Position numbers and translations under genes: made by a program. Positions 39,010 to 54,768 of a stretch of DNA of 64,000 nucleotides are shown here, piece by piece. The DNA lies in contig OX597829.1 of assembly GCA_951406725.2 (NCBI GenBank), positions 62,001 through 126,000 of the forward strand, given 5' to 3'. Each line of letters starts with the position of its first letter. The stretch's first letter is position 1. Source of the DNA: Octopus vulgaris. Lineage: Eukaryota. The notes under the pieces were generated by a model. That model was not told the origin of the DNA. It saw only the letters and a program-made list of their open reading frames with translations, and made no database searches.

Positions 39010-39299
39010 TGTCCAAATCTCCGACCAATCACATACAGTTAGCTGGCATTCAATTGGCGTATCAGATTTTGGGCATTTTGATTGGGTTTTGAATAGAAAA
39101 TTCACAAAAAAAGTCACTTCTATTGATTTTTTAATGGCTTTGCGGGGTGACTAAGGAAATGTAAAGATGTGCACGACCACTCTTGGACGGTTTTAAATGA
39201 CCATAGAAAGTGCGAGGTCTCTAACTGAAAAATTGTGGGTTTGTATAAAGGATACACACACAGACAGACAGACATTTTGCCGTTTATATATAGAGAGAT
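39010..39299 (-). mobile_element. Possible Helitron-like non-autonomous element 5' end
   Basis: Minus strand begins A|TCTCTCTATATATAAA...(CTGT)n, typical of Helitron-derived 5' termini. No 3' hairpin or CTAG end was found. Confidence 0.35.
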
Positions 39300-39963
39300 A
39301 TTAGGATTGTATAGACAAAAGTTTCGAAATATTTTGTGTATTACAGAAATATAGCCAATTTTCTGCAGATAAATTTTAATAAGAAAATCTTATAACGATC
39401 CCTAAAGGTTTAGGGTGTCGGCAGTGTAGTGTAGAGAGTCAATAGTTATTAGAGGATGAAGCGCAAAGTTAGTCTCTGATAGGCTGTCCTAGCTATGGTA
39501 AGGACGTGCTTACCATATAGTGAGGTTTGGCATTTGGAGTGACTCTTAAGCCACGGATGAATGCTGCTCAAGTTTATGGATTGGTATTCCGTTCAGGGGG
39601 AATTTTGTGATCTCTGTCACTTAAGCCAAACCGAGTAACCGGTCGTACAAGTCTTAGGACTCAAACTGTAATGTTTTAAATATATAACTCAAGATGGCAT
39701 TCTTGCATTTATTCTCTTCCAATATAAGATCTATTTTATTGTTTTTTTTTTTTTGTCACTCTGTGAGAATACCACACAAGTGTGTACATACAAGCATTCA
39801 TACGAACATACATGCATACAAACATGTATGTGTGTATGTATGTATATATGTATGTATGTATCTATTTATCTATCTATCTTGGGCAAATACATACAGTATA
39901 CGTATGTATGCTGTCTGTCTACCTGTCTGTCTGTCTGTCTGATTACCGGTCTCTGATAGTCTG

Positions 39964-40017
<54 letters not shown>

Positions 40018-40055
40018 CACCTATCTATCTGTCTGTCTATTTATCTATTTGTCTG

Positions 40056-40108
<53 letters not shown>

Positions 40109-40998
40109 TTATCTAGCTAGCTATCTATTTATCTACCTCTACTCATACTTACATTATGCTTGCATAATGTTTCCATATTTAAATAATTCCCATAATTTTT
40201 GACGGCTAACACGCTACCTAGAACATATAAAACGGCTTTTTACAAGTTATTACTATCTTAAATGTTGGGTTACTACCTACAAAATGGGCTGTTTTATAAA
40301 TTCTTTGCACTCAAAATTTTTGAAGACACTCTGGGGAAAATAAGGCAAAATATAGCGCTTGTATGAAAAACATAACGCTTGTACCATAACTTTTAAAGAT
40401 ATGTTTGAAAACAAAATGTCGTTCAGTAAAGTGATATCCCCTACCGCGCTTAAAATAACAAGCAAACGTAATTTATTATCGAAAATGAAATTAAAAGAAA
40501 AAGAAAGTGCTAAAAAATATTTTTTAAAGATCACCATTTAACTTGTTTAAACATCATTAATTTATAGTGAAGGTGAATATGTAGCCGACTCAGATTTTAG
40601 AAATGTATGAATACGTTTGTATTCAGTGACTCCCGCAGGCTTGACAATAAAAATGCAGATGAAAATTGTGGAAGTCACAAGATAGCGTGCAAATAAGCAT
40701 AATCGGTGTGTGAGAAACTCAAAAAGATGAAAAAAACTGTTTAGAGTTTTTGAGAGAAAATTTTCGGGGTCAGAAGACAGAACGCGCGTGACTAGAAATG
40801 CATATTTATGTTAAAATCAATGATCAACTGGATTAGGAGTAGTTAATGCAATTTTGACTAATAGGAGCAAGTGTAGCAAGATATTTCCTTCCCGACCACA
40901 CAGTTCCGAGTTCGGTCAGGCGAACCTAAGCCTTAAGAGTGGATTTGGTGCACACGCATACACATATGTATAGTACATATCTATATGTGTGTGTAAAA

Positions 40999-41229
40999 GG
41001 CGGCGAGCTGGCAGAAACGTTAGCACACCGGGCGAAATGCGTAGCCGTATTTCGTCTGCCGTTACGTTCTGAGTTCAAATTCCGCCGAGGTCGACTTTGC
41101 CTTTCATCCTTTCGGGGTCGATAAATTAAGTACCAGTTACGCACTGGGGTCGATGTAATCGACTTAATCCGTTTGTCCGTCCTTGTTTGTCCCCTCTATG
41201 TTTAGCCCCTTGTGGGTAGTAACGAAATA
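40999..41229 (+). mobile_element. SINE family B
   Basis: Full-length homology; TATATGTGTGTGT flanks. Confidence 0.9.
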
Positions 41230-41286
41230 TATATGTGTGTGTGTATATCTTTATTACTGTGTTTGTCCTCCACCGTCGTTTGAAAA

Positions 41287-41703
41287 CCTATTTCTTTATT
41301 GCCCACAAGGGGCTAAACACAGAGGGGACAGACAAGGACAGACAAACGGATTAAGTCAATTACATCGACCCCCAGTGCGTAACTGGTACTTATCTAATCG
41401 ACTCCGAAAGGATGAAAGGCATAGTCGACCTTGGCAGAATATGAACTCTGAACGTAGCGGCAGACGAAATACCTATTTCTTTACTACCCACAAGGGGCTA
41501 AACACAGAGGGGAGAAACAAGGACAGACAAACGGATTAAATCGATTTTATCGACCCCGGTGCGTAACTGGTACTTATTTAATCGACTCCGAATGGATGAA
41601 AGGCAAAGTCGACCTCGACGGAATTTGTACTCAGAACGTAACGACAGACGAAATACCTCAAAGCATTTCGCCCGTCGTACTAACGTTTCTGCCAGCTCGC
41701 CAT
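41287..41703 (-). mobile_element. SINE family B dimer inserted in an old family A tail
   Basis: TSD TCGTTTGAAAACC on both sides; internal junction GAAATACCTATTTC. Confidence 0.88.
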
Positions 41704-42136
41704 CGTTTGAAAACCGCCGAGAGTTTGTAATTTATGGTTTGGCAAAAGGCTGATAAAATAAGTACATGCATAAATACTGGAGTCGATTTGCTCGATTAAA
41801 AAAAACCCTTAAAGGCGCGATCCCAGCATGACTGCCATCCAATGACTGAAACAAGTAAAGGATAGGAAATATTATTGGAACGCTGTTTTTTGTTTATATA
41901 GATATAAAATCAAAGAAAATACTGGCTTTTAATACATGCTAAAATTATATTCGTAAGATATATATAGGGTAGCGAATATTCTTAGAAATTTCACCAACAG
42001 TGGCCTAGCATGTATAAATAGTATATAGACAACATATTCTCAATATAAAATAGGTAATTTTAACAGGTAATTCTTTTAGCGTCTAAAAATTACCTGTTAA
42101 AAGTAGTTTTTCTCTTATATATATATATATATATAT

Positions 42137-42425
42137 TGGATAATGAAACGAATGGTTTACACCTGGTAGCTTACTGGTAACGCACGGTCACTTTCACAGC
42201 GATCGTTAGATATGTGGCAAATGAAAGACGAAGATCGAATGTACGAGAATTTATTATTAAACACGACAATACATCTCGACGAAATACATCTGCACCACCG
42301 GATGCCTCTGAACCAGTTGTTGAGTGACCCACCCATGAGAAATCGATGCCAGATATGTCGAAACAACTGTCGTGATTAATAATAAAATCTCGTATATTCC
42401 ATCTTCCGTCTTTCATTTGCCATAT
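42137..42425 (+). mobile_element. Small inverted-repeat module in (TA)n (second Penelope-like family)
   Basis: 42210-42268 is an imperfect reverse complement of 42368-42425. GAAACAACTGTC (hammerhead 3' half) at ~42360-42371. Confidence 0.5.
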
Positions 42426-42629
42426 ATATATATATATATATAGAGAAAACTAACTTTTTAACAGGTAATTTTTACACGCTAAAAAAATTAACTGTTAAAG
42501 GTAGGTTTCTCTTGTGTTTAAATGTACATTATTTTATATTGAGAATATGTTGTCTATTGACTTTTTATACATGCAAGGCCACTGTTGGTGAAATTTCTAA
42601 GAATATTCGCTACCCTCTTTCTCTTTCTT

Positions 42630-43030
42630 TTCTCTCTTTTACTTGTTTCAGTCATTTGACTGCGGCCATGCTGGAGCACCGCCTTTAATCGAGCAATTCG
42701 ACCCCGGGACTTATTCTTTGTAAGCCCAGTACTTATTCTATCGCTAAGTGACGGGGACGTAAACACACCAGCATCGATTGTCAAGCAATGCTAGGGGGAC
42801 AAACACAAACACACACACATACACATATAGATATATACATATATACGACAGGCTTCTTTCAGTTTCCGTTTACCAAATCCACTCACAAGGCATTGGTCGG
42901 CCCGGGGCTATAGCAGAAGACACTTGCCCAAGATGCCACGCAGTGGGACTGAACCCGGAACCATGTGGTTGGTTAGCAAGCTACTTACCACACAGCCACT
43001 CCTGCGCCTATAACCACTCCTGCGCCTATA
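42630..43030 (-). mobile_element. SINE family A with duplicated 5' tip
   Basis: Homology; CCACTCCTGCGCCTATA appears twice at 42996-43030. Confidence 0.9.
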
Positions 43031-43188
43031 TATCTTACGAATATGATTTTAGCATTTCGAAGATCGGTTCGGCATTTTCCATTTACTGCCGACTGAAACT
43101 GCGCTTGCACGGTGAATTTTGAAAAATTATAACAAATAATGATGAGAACATGTTATTTGTATCTAAATTATATGTTACTTGTTAAGGA

Positions 43189-43261
43189 ACGGTTACTGAT
43201 GAGGATTCGCCTAGCAAATTATTTTATTTGCTAAAGAAATCTGAAACCAAGGTATAACCGT
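43189..43261 (+). ncRNA. Type-I hammerhead ribozyme with intact canonical core
   Basis: Stem I ACGGTTA/TAACCGT (7 bp, perfect), then CTGATGA. Stem II GGATT/AATCT is extended by a TAGCAAAT/ATTTGCTA hairpin. GAA-ACC-AA-GGT-A gives GUA cleavage after 43254. Confidence 0.9.
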
Positions 43262-43542
43262 AAAAAAAATAACAAGGTAAAAGTTTTCATTTTTCATTCC
43301 CTTCGAAAATTGCTCTTAAATGTGGTTTTGGTCGTTTTGACTGCTTCTTCTAGCGTATAAAAATTACCTGTTAAAGGTAGTTTTCTCTTGTGTTTAAATG
43401 TACACTATTTATATATACATATATATATATATGTGTGTGTGTGTTTATGTATGTATGTATAAATATGTGTATTTGTGTGTGTGTACGCACGTCACTGAAC
43501 TTCATTTGCCAATCTTCTCTTGAAGAAGGGAGCCAGACTTAC

Positions 43543-43629
43543 TGTAGTATCTTCATGTGACAACTCACCAGTTGAAAACCCATCGATTATTCCCTTGCAT
43601 ATTATGATCAGTATGTAAATCTGTGATGC
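43543..43629 (-). other. Candidate host internal exon (unverified; 61 or 87 nt)
   Basis: Acceptor AACTTTTTCAG. Donors CTG|GTGAGT (end 43569) or ACA|GTAAGT (end 43543). Open phase-0 frame ASQIYILIIICKGIIDGFSTG(ELSHEDTT). Confidence 0.25.
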
Positions 43630-44161
43630 CTGAAAAAGTTTTGACAAGACACTATACAACTTTTTTTTTATCACATTATAATAGATAAAGAACGATCTTG
43701 ATTTGATTTTTCGAACCTTATTGAGTCCTCATCACAGGTATCTATATCAATTTGATCAATCCCAGAAAAACAAGCGGCCAATCTGTTTATATACTCATCA
43801 ATTACAATAGCTACAGAAAACTGCAACTACTTCTTTGCATACCACAAGTATATACTCCATAAATTAAAAATGATGAACAACCGTAATCAATTTTCTAACC
43901 TTATTGACTTCTTATCAGAGCTTAATTTCCTGCCTTATTGACTTTTCATGAGAGCTTAATATCAAACTTAATTGGGTTTATCCGTAGTACCTCCATATCA
44001 GTTCGATTTAGAATTTACTAATAGCGACTGGATGTTGTGGAGTTAGCCCCGGATGAAAAAGTTAGAATATAAGTTCTATTTCATTCGAGCACTAGTATGT
44101 GTTTTCTATACTCAGCGTATATAGCTCACGCCTATTGAATGTATGTGTGTGTAGATGAACA

Positions 44162-44234
<73 letters not shown>

Positions 44235-44254
44235 ACATACGTTTATATACGTAT

Positions 44255-44307
<53 letters not shown>

Positions 44308-44324
44308 TACATATATACATATAC

Positions 44325-44390
<66 letters not shown>

Positions 44391-44463
44391 GCACAACTGT
44401 ATATTTAACCGCGCACACAAATACTCACACACACAAATACTCACACACGCACACGCATACACA

Positions 44464-44501
<38 letters not shown>

Positions 44502-44959
44502 CTTATTTGAAGATCATAGATTAAAACTGCAGGCGTTTTATATTTTGTCTTTTTATTGTCTTTTATTGTGGACGTATGCCCCGTGCCTGTCTTCGTTTAC
44601 AATTACCATCCTTAGCCACGCTGTAACCTGGAGCTATTGCAATTCATTTTTACGAGTCTGCTTTTGTGAATAGCCCCTGATGTCTTCTACCTCCTTCCAG
44701 CCTATTTGTACACCTTTTATGCTAATAAGAATATACCTTTTCTTAGTTTCTTTTATTAGTGTTTTTTGTTGTTGTTGTCTGTTTTGTGTTCTTTTGTTCT
44801 TTTTCTTTTTTTTTGTAGTTTGTGTTGTGTGTGCGTGTGCGTGCATGTATGCGTGTGTATGTATGTATATATGTGTGCGTGTGTATGTGTGTGTGTGCGT
44901 ATTGTCTGGATGATACTGGACTTGTAAAAATAGTCAGTGTTCAAGACAAAATTCAAGAA

Positions 44960-45707
44960 GTTAGGACAAAAGACAAGAACAAAAACAAAAACAAACAAAC
45001 AAACAGAAAAAAAAACACCGATAACAATAATAACAACAATAATAACAACAATAATAACAACAATAATAACAACCTTCTCATCTTCCTTCACCATCTTCAC
45101 CGCCACAACTACCACAAGAGCTACCACCACCAACAACTACAACACTACCACCGCCACCACCATCATCATCACCTTCCGCCGCTACCACTACCGCCGCAGT
45201 CACCGAAACCACCACGACCACCACGACCACCACCTCCGCTACAAAGACAGCAGCCACAACAACAAAAGCCACAATAATAAAGGTAACATCGAAACTTACT
45301 AGCTCCAGTATAGCAGATTACAAAAAGAACAAAAACAGAATCAATTACTACCAAAGAAAGTAAGAAAGAAAGAAGGAAGGAGAGAAAGTAAGAAAGAAAG
45401 AAGGAAGGAGAGAAAGTAAGAAAGAAAGAAAGAAGGAGAGAAAGTAAGAAAGAAAGAAATGTAAAATGGCAGCCGTTACAAAAACAAAAATAGCTATATA
45501 TATTTTTTTACCGCCACAAAAATCATAAGCTGCAATAACAACTTCTACTATTACTACTGTTACCGCCACCACTACCACTACACGACCACCACTACCAACA
45601 CAACCACCACCATCACCATCACCACCACCACCACCACAACTTCAACTACTGCTACTCTATCACCACCACCAGCAGCACCATCTCCACCACCATCAACACC
45701 GCCGCCG

Positions 45708-45786
<79 letters not shown>

Positions 45787-46030
45787 AATTTTGCAAACAT
45801 CACCACGACTACATGACCACCAGTAACATTACCATCAGCACCACCACCACCACAACCACTACCACCACCACTACCAACAACAACACAAAAGCGTAAGCTA
45901 CAGCAACAACAACTACACCACCAATTCTCACTGTAACAACAACAAATGCACCCTCTATAACCACTACCACCACCACCACCACCACCACCGCAACAACAAC
46001 AATACCAACGACAACAACGTCAAGAGAACA
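44960..46030. repeat. Mosaic of degenerate trinucleotide repeats (AAC, ACC, CTA) and an AG-rich minisatellite
   Basis: Direct reading. Confidence 0.9.
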
Positions 46031-46474
46031 GAAAAAAAGCAAAAAGATAAAGAAAAATATATAAGAAAAAAAAAACAAAAACAACTGTTCCCGAACCTTT
46101 CCCTAGTATATCCACCATCCACCTCCATCTTTTTCTTCCACCCCCCTCTTCACTCTCTCCTCTCACCCCCACCACACCCCACCCCAACCATAAAAACAAA
46201 CAAACAACTGTAACAGCTTTGGTGGAAAAAAAATACAAAAGCTAGGTAGGAGTCCACGCTTGTTAATTAACCGTTCCATTAAAACTGACGTTTGATTTTA
46301 GATTGGGTACCAAGCAGAAGAATAGCCATAATTATTTCCAAGTGACACTTTCGCTTTCATAAATTACAAAATATAACCGTTCCACTCTTATTATCCTTAG
46401 AGAAACTTACAGCAGTTCTATACTACTTCTCTCTTCTTCATCCTTTTTCATTTTATTTATTGGATCTATTTATC

Positions 46475-48794
<2,320 letters not shown>

Positions 48795-48807
48795 CTTATT
48801 ATTATTA

Positions 48808-48878
<71 letters not shown>

Positions 48879-48894
48879 GTTATTATTATTATTA

Positions 48895-48974
<80 letters not shown>

Positions 48975-49026
48975 GTTATTATTATTATTATTGTTATTAT
49001 TATTATTATTATTACTATTATTACTA

Positions 49027-49088
<62 letters not shown>

Positions 49089-49140
49089 GTTATTATTATT
49101 ATTATTATTACTATTATTATTATTGTTATTATTATTATTA

Positions 49141-49186
<46 letters not shown>

Positions 49187-49257
49187 CATTATTGTTATTA
49201 TTATTATTGTTATTATTATTATTATTACTATTATTATTATTGTTATTATTATTATTA

Positions 49258-49292
<35 letters not shown>

Positions 49293-49341
49293 GTTATTAT
49301 TATTATTATTACTATTATTATTATTGTTATTATTATTATTA

Positions 49342-49382
<41 letters not shown>

Positions 49383-49398
49383 GTTATTATTATTATTA

Positions 49399-49439
<41 letters not shown>

Positions 49440-49440
49440 G

Positions 49441-49484
<44 letters not shown>

Positions 49485-49488
49485 GTTC

Positions 49489-49520
<32 letters not shown>

Positions 49521-49536
49521 GTTATTATTATTATTA

Positions 49537-49587
<51 letters not shown>
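48795..49587. repeat. ~790-bp (TTA)n microsatellite
   Basis: Direct reading, with TTG/CTA variants. Confidence 0.97.
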
Positions 49588-49588
<1 letters not shown>

Positions 49589-49734
49589 GGATCGTTCAAA
49601 GCACTAGGCCAAAGCCAAGCTGGAGTACCTCCGTCTCATTCAAATATATGTACACATTTATATATATATGTGTGTGTGTGTATGTGCGTTTGTGTGTGTA
49701 TAGACATACATACATTTAATATAAATGTATAATG

Positions 49735-49774
<40 letters not shown>

Positions 49775-50031
49775 CATATATATATACATATATATACACA
49801 CATATATATATACATATATACATATATATATATATGTATGTATGTATATAAGTATGTATATATATATATATATATAACATATATATGTGTGATTGCGTGT
49901 ATATATATGTATATATGTGTTATATAATGCATATATATATATATATATATATGTATATAATACACACACACACGCACACACATATGTAAGTCCTACAAAT
50001 CACGGGTTACCTATTCGTTTGCCTGTGTAGC

Positions 50032-50362
50032 AACTTGGGCAAGTGTCGTCTACTCTAGGCTCGGGCTGACCAAGGTCTTGTGAATCGATTTGGTAGACGG
50101 AAACTGAAAGAAGCCCGTAGTACACACACATGTTTGAGTTTGTATGTATATCTATGTGTGTGTGTTTGTCTCCTCATCCTGTGTTAGTGTGTTTACGTCT
50201 CCATAACCTAGTGGTTCGGTAAAAGAGTCCGATAGAATAAGTACGAGGCTTAGAAAATGAAGTCCTGGGTTCGATTTCTTCCACTAAAAACCCTTTAAGG
50301 CGGTGCTCCAGCATGGCTGCAGTCAAATAACTGAAACAAGTAAAAGAGTAGAATAAAAGAAT
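50032..50362 (+). mobile_element. SINE family A (5'-truncated, diverged)
   Basis: Homology to family A. Confidence 0.82.
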
Positions 50363-50424
50363 AAGATACATGCATATATACGTATCTATAATTTCTAGAC
50401 ATACGCAATCATAAACGTAACCGT

Positions 50425-50425
50425 G

Positions 50426-50459
<34 letters not shown>

Positions 50460-50812
50460 ATCATACACACACACACCCATACACAATCATGCACACACAC
50501 AAACATCCACACATACACAGACATACGCACACATATACACACACGCATACACACACACACATCCATACACAATCATGCACACACACACCCATACACAATC
50601 ATACACACACACACACCTATACACAATCATGCATACACACAAACATCCACACATACACAGACATACGCACGCATACACACACACACACCCATACACAATC
50701 ATACATACACACACATATACACACACCCATACACATCCACACATACACAGACATACGCACACATATACACACACACACACACACACCCATACACACAATC
50801 ATACACACACAT
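50425..50812. repeat. CA-rich minisatellite built from recurring modules
   Basis: CACCCATACACAATCAT and ACATCCACACATACACAGACATACGCAC each recur three or more times. Confidence 0.85.
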
Positions 50813-51806
50813 CCTCTATCTCTCCATCTCCATCTGTTCCAAACGCCTATTTTCCCTTCCCATTGTTAAATTCTCCTCCTCCCCCTCATTTTCCTTATAT
50901 TCTCTTCACAATATATAACCATCAATACTTTTATGCTCTTCTAATTTTTATAGCAATCTTTCTTACGTTGTTTTTTTTTTTTTCAAAAGTTATTTTTTTC
51001 TTATTTCGCCCCATTATCTTCTTTTTTCTTCTTCTTGTTTCTTTCTTTGCTTCTCCTCCTCCTTCATCTTGTTTCATTTTGTTTCATTTTGTTTTATTTT
51101 CTCGTCTCATTTCCTCCATTTTCTTCTCCTATTTCTTCTCTCTCCCTTTCTTCTTCTTCTTCTTCTTCTTCTTCTTCTTCTTCTTCTTCTTCTTCTTCTT
51201 CTTCTTCTTCCACTTCTGCCTCCCCTTCTTCCACTTTTGTCGTTGTGTGTCTTGCTCTTCCTCTACTCTTTTCCTTCTTACTCCCCTTCTTCTCCGCCCA
51301 CTCCTCCTCCTTCTCCTCCCCCTCTGCCTCCTCCTCCTCTTTACACCCAAGCCCTCTCCCGTCGCCAACTAGATGCTTGAACAAGCCAAAACCTCCCGTG
51401 GAGTTTTTGTTAGGACACAATGTCAGTCTACTGTCGGAGCTATTCACGAAATTCTCAAAACTAACAATTGCCAATGGTTTTCCTCGATTGATCTTATCTT
51501 CAACTTAAAGTAGTAAAGAAGCGAACTACAAATATCTTAGAAACGACGACTGGAGTACAAACAATTGTTCCGCTTCTAAGATACCTGGAAGTCAAAACAG
51601 GTTTCAACCTTTCCTCCATCACACTCACCCACCACTCTCTCTCTCTCTCTCCGCGATCAATATCTAAAGATGGCACACGGCCAGTATTTCGATTAAATCA
51701 GACAGCAGAGATAACAACATGCTAATCAACGCTGTAGCTAAGGGACATCTGAACTGACCCGTCGACAAGGAAGGCATTTTTAGAAAATTAGTTCCCCCAA
51801 AAAAGT

Positions 51807-51873
<67 letters not shown>

Positions 51874-51948
51874 TTATAATAATAATAACAACAATAATAA
51901 TAAGAAGAAGAATGATAATGATAATAATAATAACAACAACAACAACAA

Positions 51949-52398
51949 CCGGGCGAAATGCGTAGCCGTATTTCGTCTGCCGTTACGTTCTGAGTTCAAA
52001 TTCCGCCGAGGTCGACTTTGCCTTTCATCCTTTCGGGGTCGATAAATTAAGTACCAGTTACGCACTGGCGTCGATGTAATCGACTTAATCCGTTTGTCTG
52101 TCCTTGTTTGTCCCTTCTATGTTTAGCCCCTTGTGGGTAGTAAAGAAATATATAACAATAATAATAATAATAATAATGATAATCCTTTCAACAATAGGGA
52201 CAAGGCCTGAAATTTGGGGTGGGGAGAGGACTAGTTGATTACGTCGACCCTAGAATTTCACTGGTATTTAATTTAACGACCCCGAAAGGATAAAAAGCAA
52301 AGTCGATCTCTGCGGAATTTGAACTCAGAACGTAGCGATGGGTGAAATACTGCTAAACATTCATGCAGCGTGCCAACGAATCTTCCAGCACACCACCT
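51949..52398. mobile_element. SINE family B (+, 51949-52150) and older B-like copy (-, 52195-52398) within (AAT)n
   Basis: Homology to family B. Confidence 0.85.
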
Positions 52399-52440
52399 TA
52401 ATGATGATGATGATGATAATAATAACAACAATAATAACAA

Positions 52441-52516
<76 letters not shown>

Positions 52517-52934
52517 TGTTAGTTGTTTGACCATAACCAGTTGAGCATGTCCCTTAGTGGCTGACGATATGTGCATCTCTGATCACGAGCAGAAGTAGTG
52601 GGGGAGCATCATAGCCATGTGTTGAGAGGAATTCTTTGGGGTTTGAATAATTCACCTCTGGAAACGTGGTTGTTTCGTTCAACATCCTTAAACAGCCCTT
52701 ATTCAGGGACCTTTTGAACAAGATGGGTTACTCGACCAGAAGAAAATTCTAACTAGGCCCCACCTGCAAGGTCATGTGCTGTTTATCTTGATATGAGATC
52801 ACCATTTCGCGCTCATATGGTTGTGATGCATGTGCCTGGTGTACCCTTATCAGACGGGTAGTCATGATGGGTATACTGGGCTTCGTATATTTTACCCCAG
52901 TGTCACTTTGATGGCATGCACTGCTCTCTCATTC
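52517..52934. mobile_element. Unclassified GC-richer island bounded by (AAT)n on both sides; probable TAA-targeting retroelement fragment
   Basis: Sharp boundaries against pure (AAT)n; no ORF. Single copy in the window, so repeat status is inferred. Confidence 0.4.
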
Positions 52935-52991
<57 letters not shown>

Positions 52992-53183
52992 TGAGAAGAG
53001 CATTGTCGATGTGAGAATTATTACTACCCATGTATTTTAATTTAACTTAAAAAAAAAAAAATTAATGAACTATTGAGTTTGGTTTGATGGCCTACCGGTG
53101 TGTACTATGAGTTTCTTTGCCCTAGTTGTCGGGAAGACACTCGGCAAGAAATGGAAGCAAATTTGAAAGAGGAAAAAATAAAA

Positions 53184-53215
<32 letters not shown>

Positions 53216-53216
53216 T

Positions 53217-53647
53217 AGAGAGAGAGAAATGAAGAAAACGGATACAAAGACCAGAGAAATGTTGACAGTACACGGAACCTTCCACCTTAAGAGTGATACC
53301 GAAAGGCTATACTTGTCCTGAAGAAAAGGTGGGAGAGGCTTGATAAGTTGCCAGAACTGTATCGAAGCAGAGAAAAACAGCCTTGGGTAGTATATAAAAA
53401 ATGCTGTAGATTCATTGTTGAAACATACGAAGAAGGCCGGCGTCATCAAAACTGAAAATTGTGTAACTAAAGAAAAATTTAAACAAGAAATGAACTGCTG
53501 TGTGGTAAGTAGCTTGTTTACGAACCACATGGTTCCGGGTTCAGTCCCACTGCGTGGCACCTTCGGCAAATGTCTTCTACTATAGCTTCGAGTCGACCAA
53601 AGCCTTGTGAGTAGATTTGATTGACGGAAACTGAAAGAAGCCCGTCG

Positions 53648-53684
<37 letters not shown>

Positions 53685-54270
53685 ATATTTATGTTTGTGT
53701 GTCTGTGTTTGTCCCCCCAACATCGCTTGACAACCGATGCTGGTGTGTTTACGTACCCGTAACTTAGCGGTTCGGCAAAAGCGACCGATAGAATAAGTAC
53801 TAGGCTTACAAAGAATAAGTCCTGGGGTCGATTTGCTCGACTAAAGGCGGTGCTCCTGCATGGCTACAGTCAAATGACTGAAACAAGTAAAAGAGTAAAA
53901 GAGTAAAAAAAAGCAAAAAGAAAAAAACATCGAAGGAAAAGAAAATGTACGGTCAGTTTGCAAGAGATGTGAACGCCAAAACAGATGCAGAGGACCGGTG
54001 GTTATGGATGAGGAAGTGTGGCCTGAAGATAGAGACAGAAGCACTCATATACGCAGCTCAGGAACAAGCGTTAAGGACCAACTATATGAAATGCAGAATA
54101 GACAACACTACCGATAGCGACAAATACAGAATGCGTGGTGAAAGGGGTGAAATAATATTCGTTAGCGAATGCCCTAAATTGGCACAACGCGAATGCAAAA
54201 GACGCCATGACAATGTGGCAAAAATGATCCCTTGGGGACTATATGGGAATCATGGCCTACAAAGAGCTAA
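53217..54270 (+). mobile_element. Degraded R4/Dong-like LINE fragment interrupted by SINE A (53498-53905)
   Basis: HLKSDTERLYLS*RKGGRGL and MYGQF...LKIETEALIYAAQEQALRTN...SECPKLAQRECKRRHD are homologous to the intact ORF at 46825-48744. Confidence 0.88.
53498..53905 (+). mobile_element. SINE family A near full-length
   Basis: Homology to family A. Confidence 0.9.
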
Positions 54271-54768
54271 GATTTTAAATGACTGTAGGGGTTCATCCAA
54301 GTAAAACAGAAATCAAAGGGGTCCACAGCAAAAAGTGGCTGGGAAATAATGGACTAAACCTTTCAAATGATGAGGGTGGGTGGGCCAGTTAAAGAACATA
54401 AGAATATCAGTTCCAGATGTGACAAGATGATTTCAAAACAATCGACAGGAATCGATGACGGATGTAGCATTACACAGTTGACAACAAGGTCAGAACTAAG
54501 GAAAGAAGATAGCTCTGAGTAAAGAAATATTTCACAATATTCTCTAGAAGTCGATGTAAACCATGCTGTTGCTGCCCAAAGGATATTTCTACAAATCTCA
54601 ATCTTTGGAAACCTGTACTTCTAGAATAAATGCTTCTGAAACTCAGTCACATTTATTTGGTACACAAGTAAAGCCACATTGGTTTCAAATTTTGGTATAA
54701 CGCCAGCAATTTCAGGGTTGGTTGTAAGTCAAATGGTATATATTTTATCGAATAGTATATATTTTTAA

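Larger units (their letters stand above)
41967..43410 (+). mobile_element. Penelope-like/retrozyme composite: inverted partial copy plus terminally redundant unit with intact hammerhead, interrupted by a SINE and a second module
   Basis: 41967-42116 is inverted and rearranged relative to 42441-42616. 42477-42533 is directly repeated at 43352-43410. Hammerhead at 43189-43261. Confidence 0.7.

Noticed and set aside
51094-51474. 126-aa acidic ORF on the minus strand
   Set aside because: Two thirds derives from CT-rich low-complexity repeats; no recognisable domain or convincing splice context.
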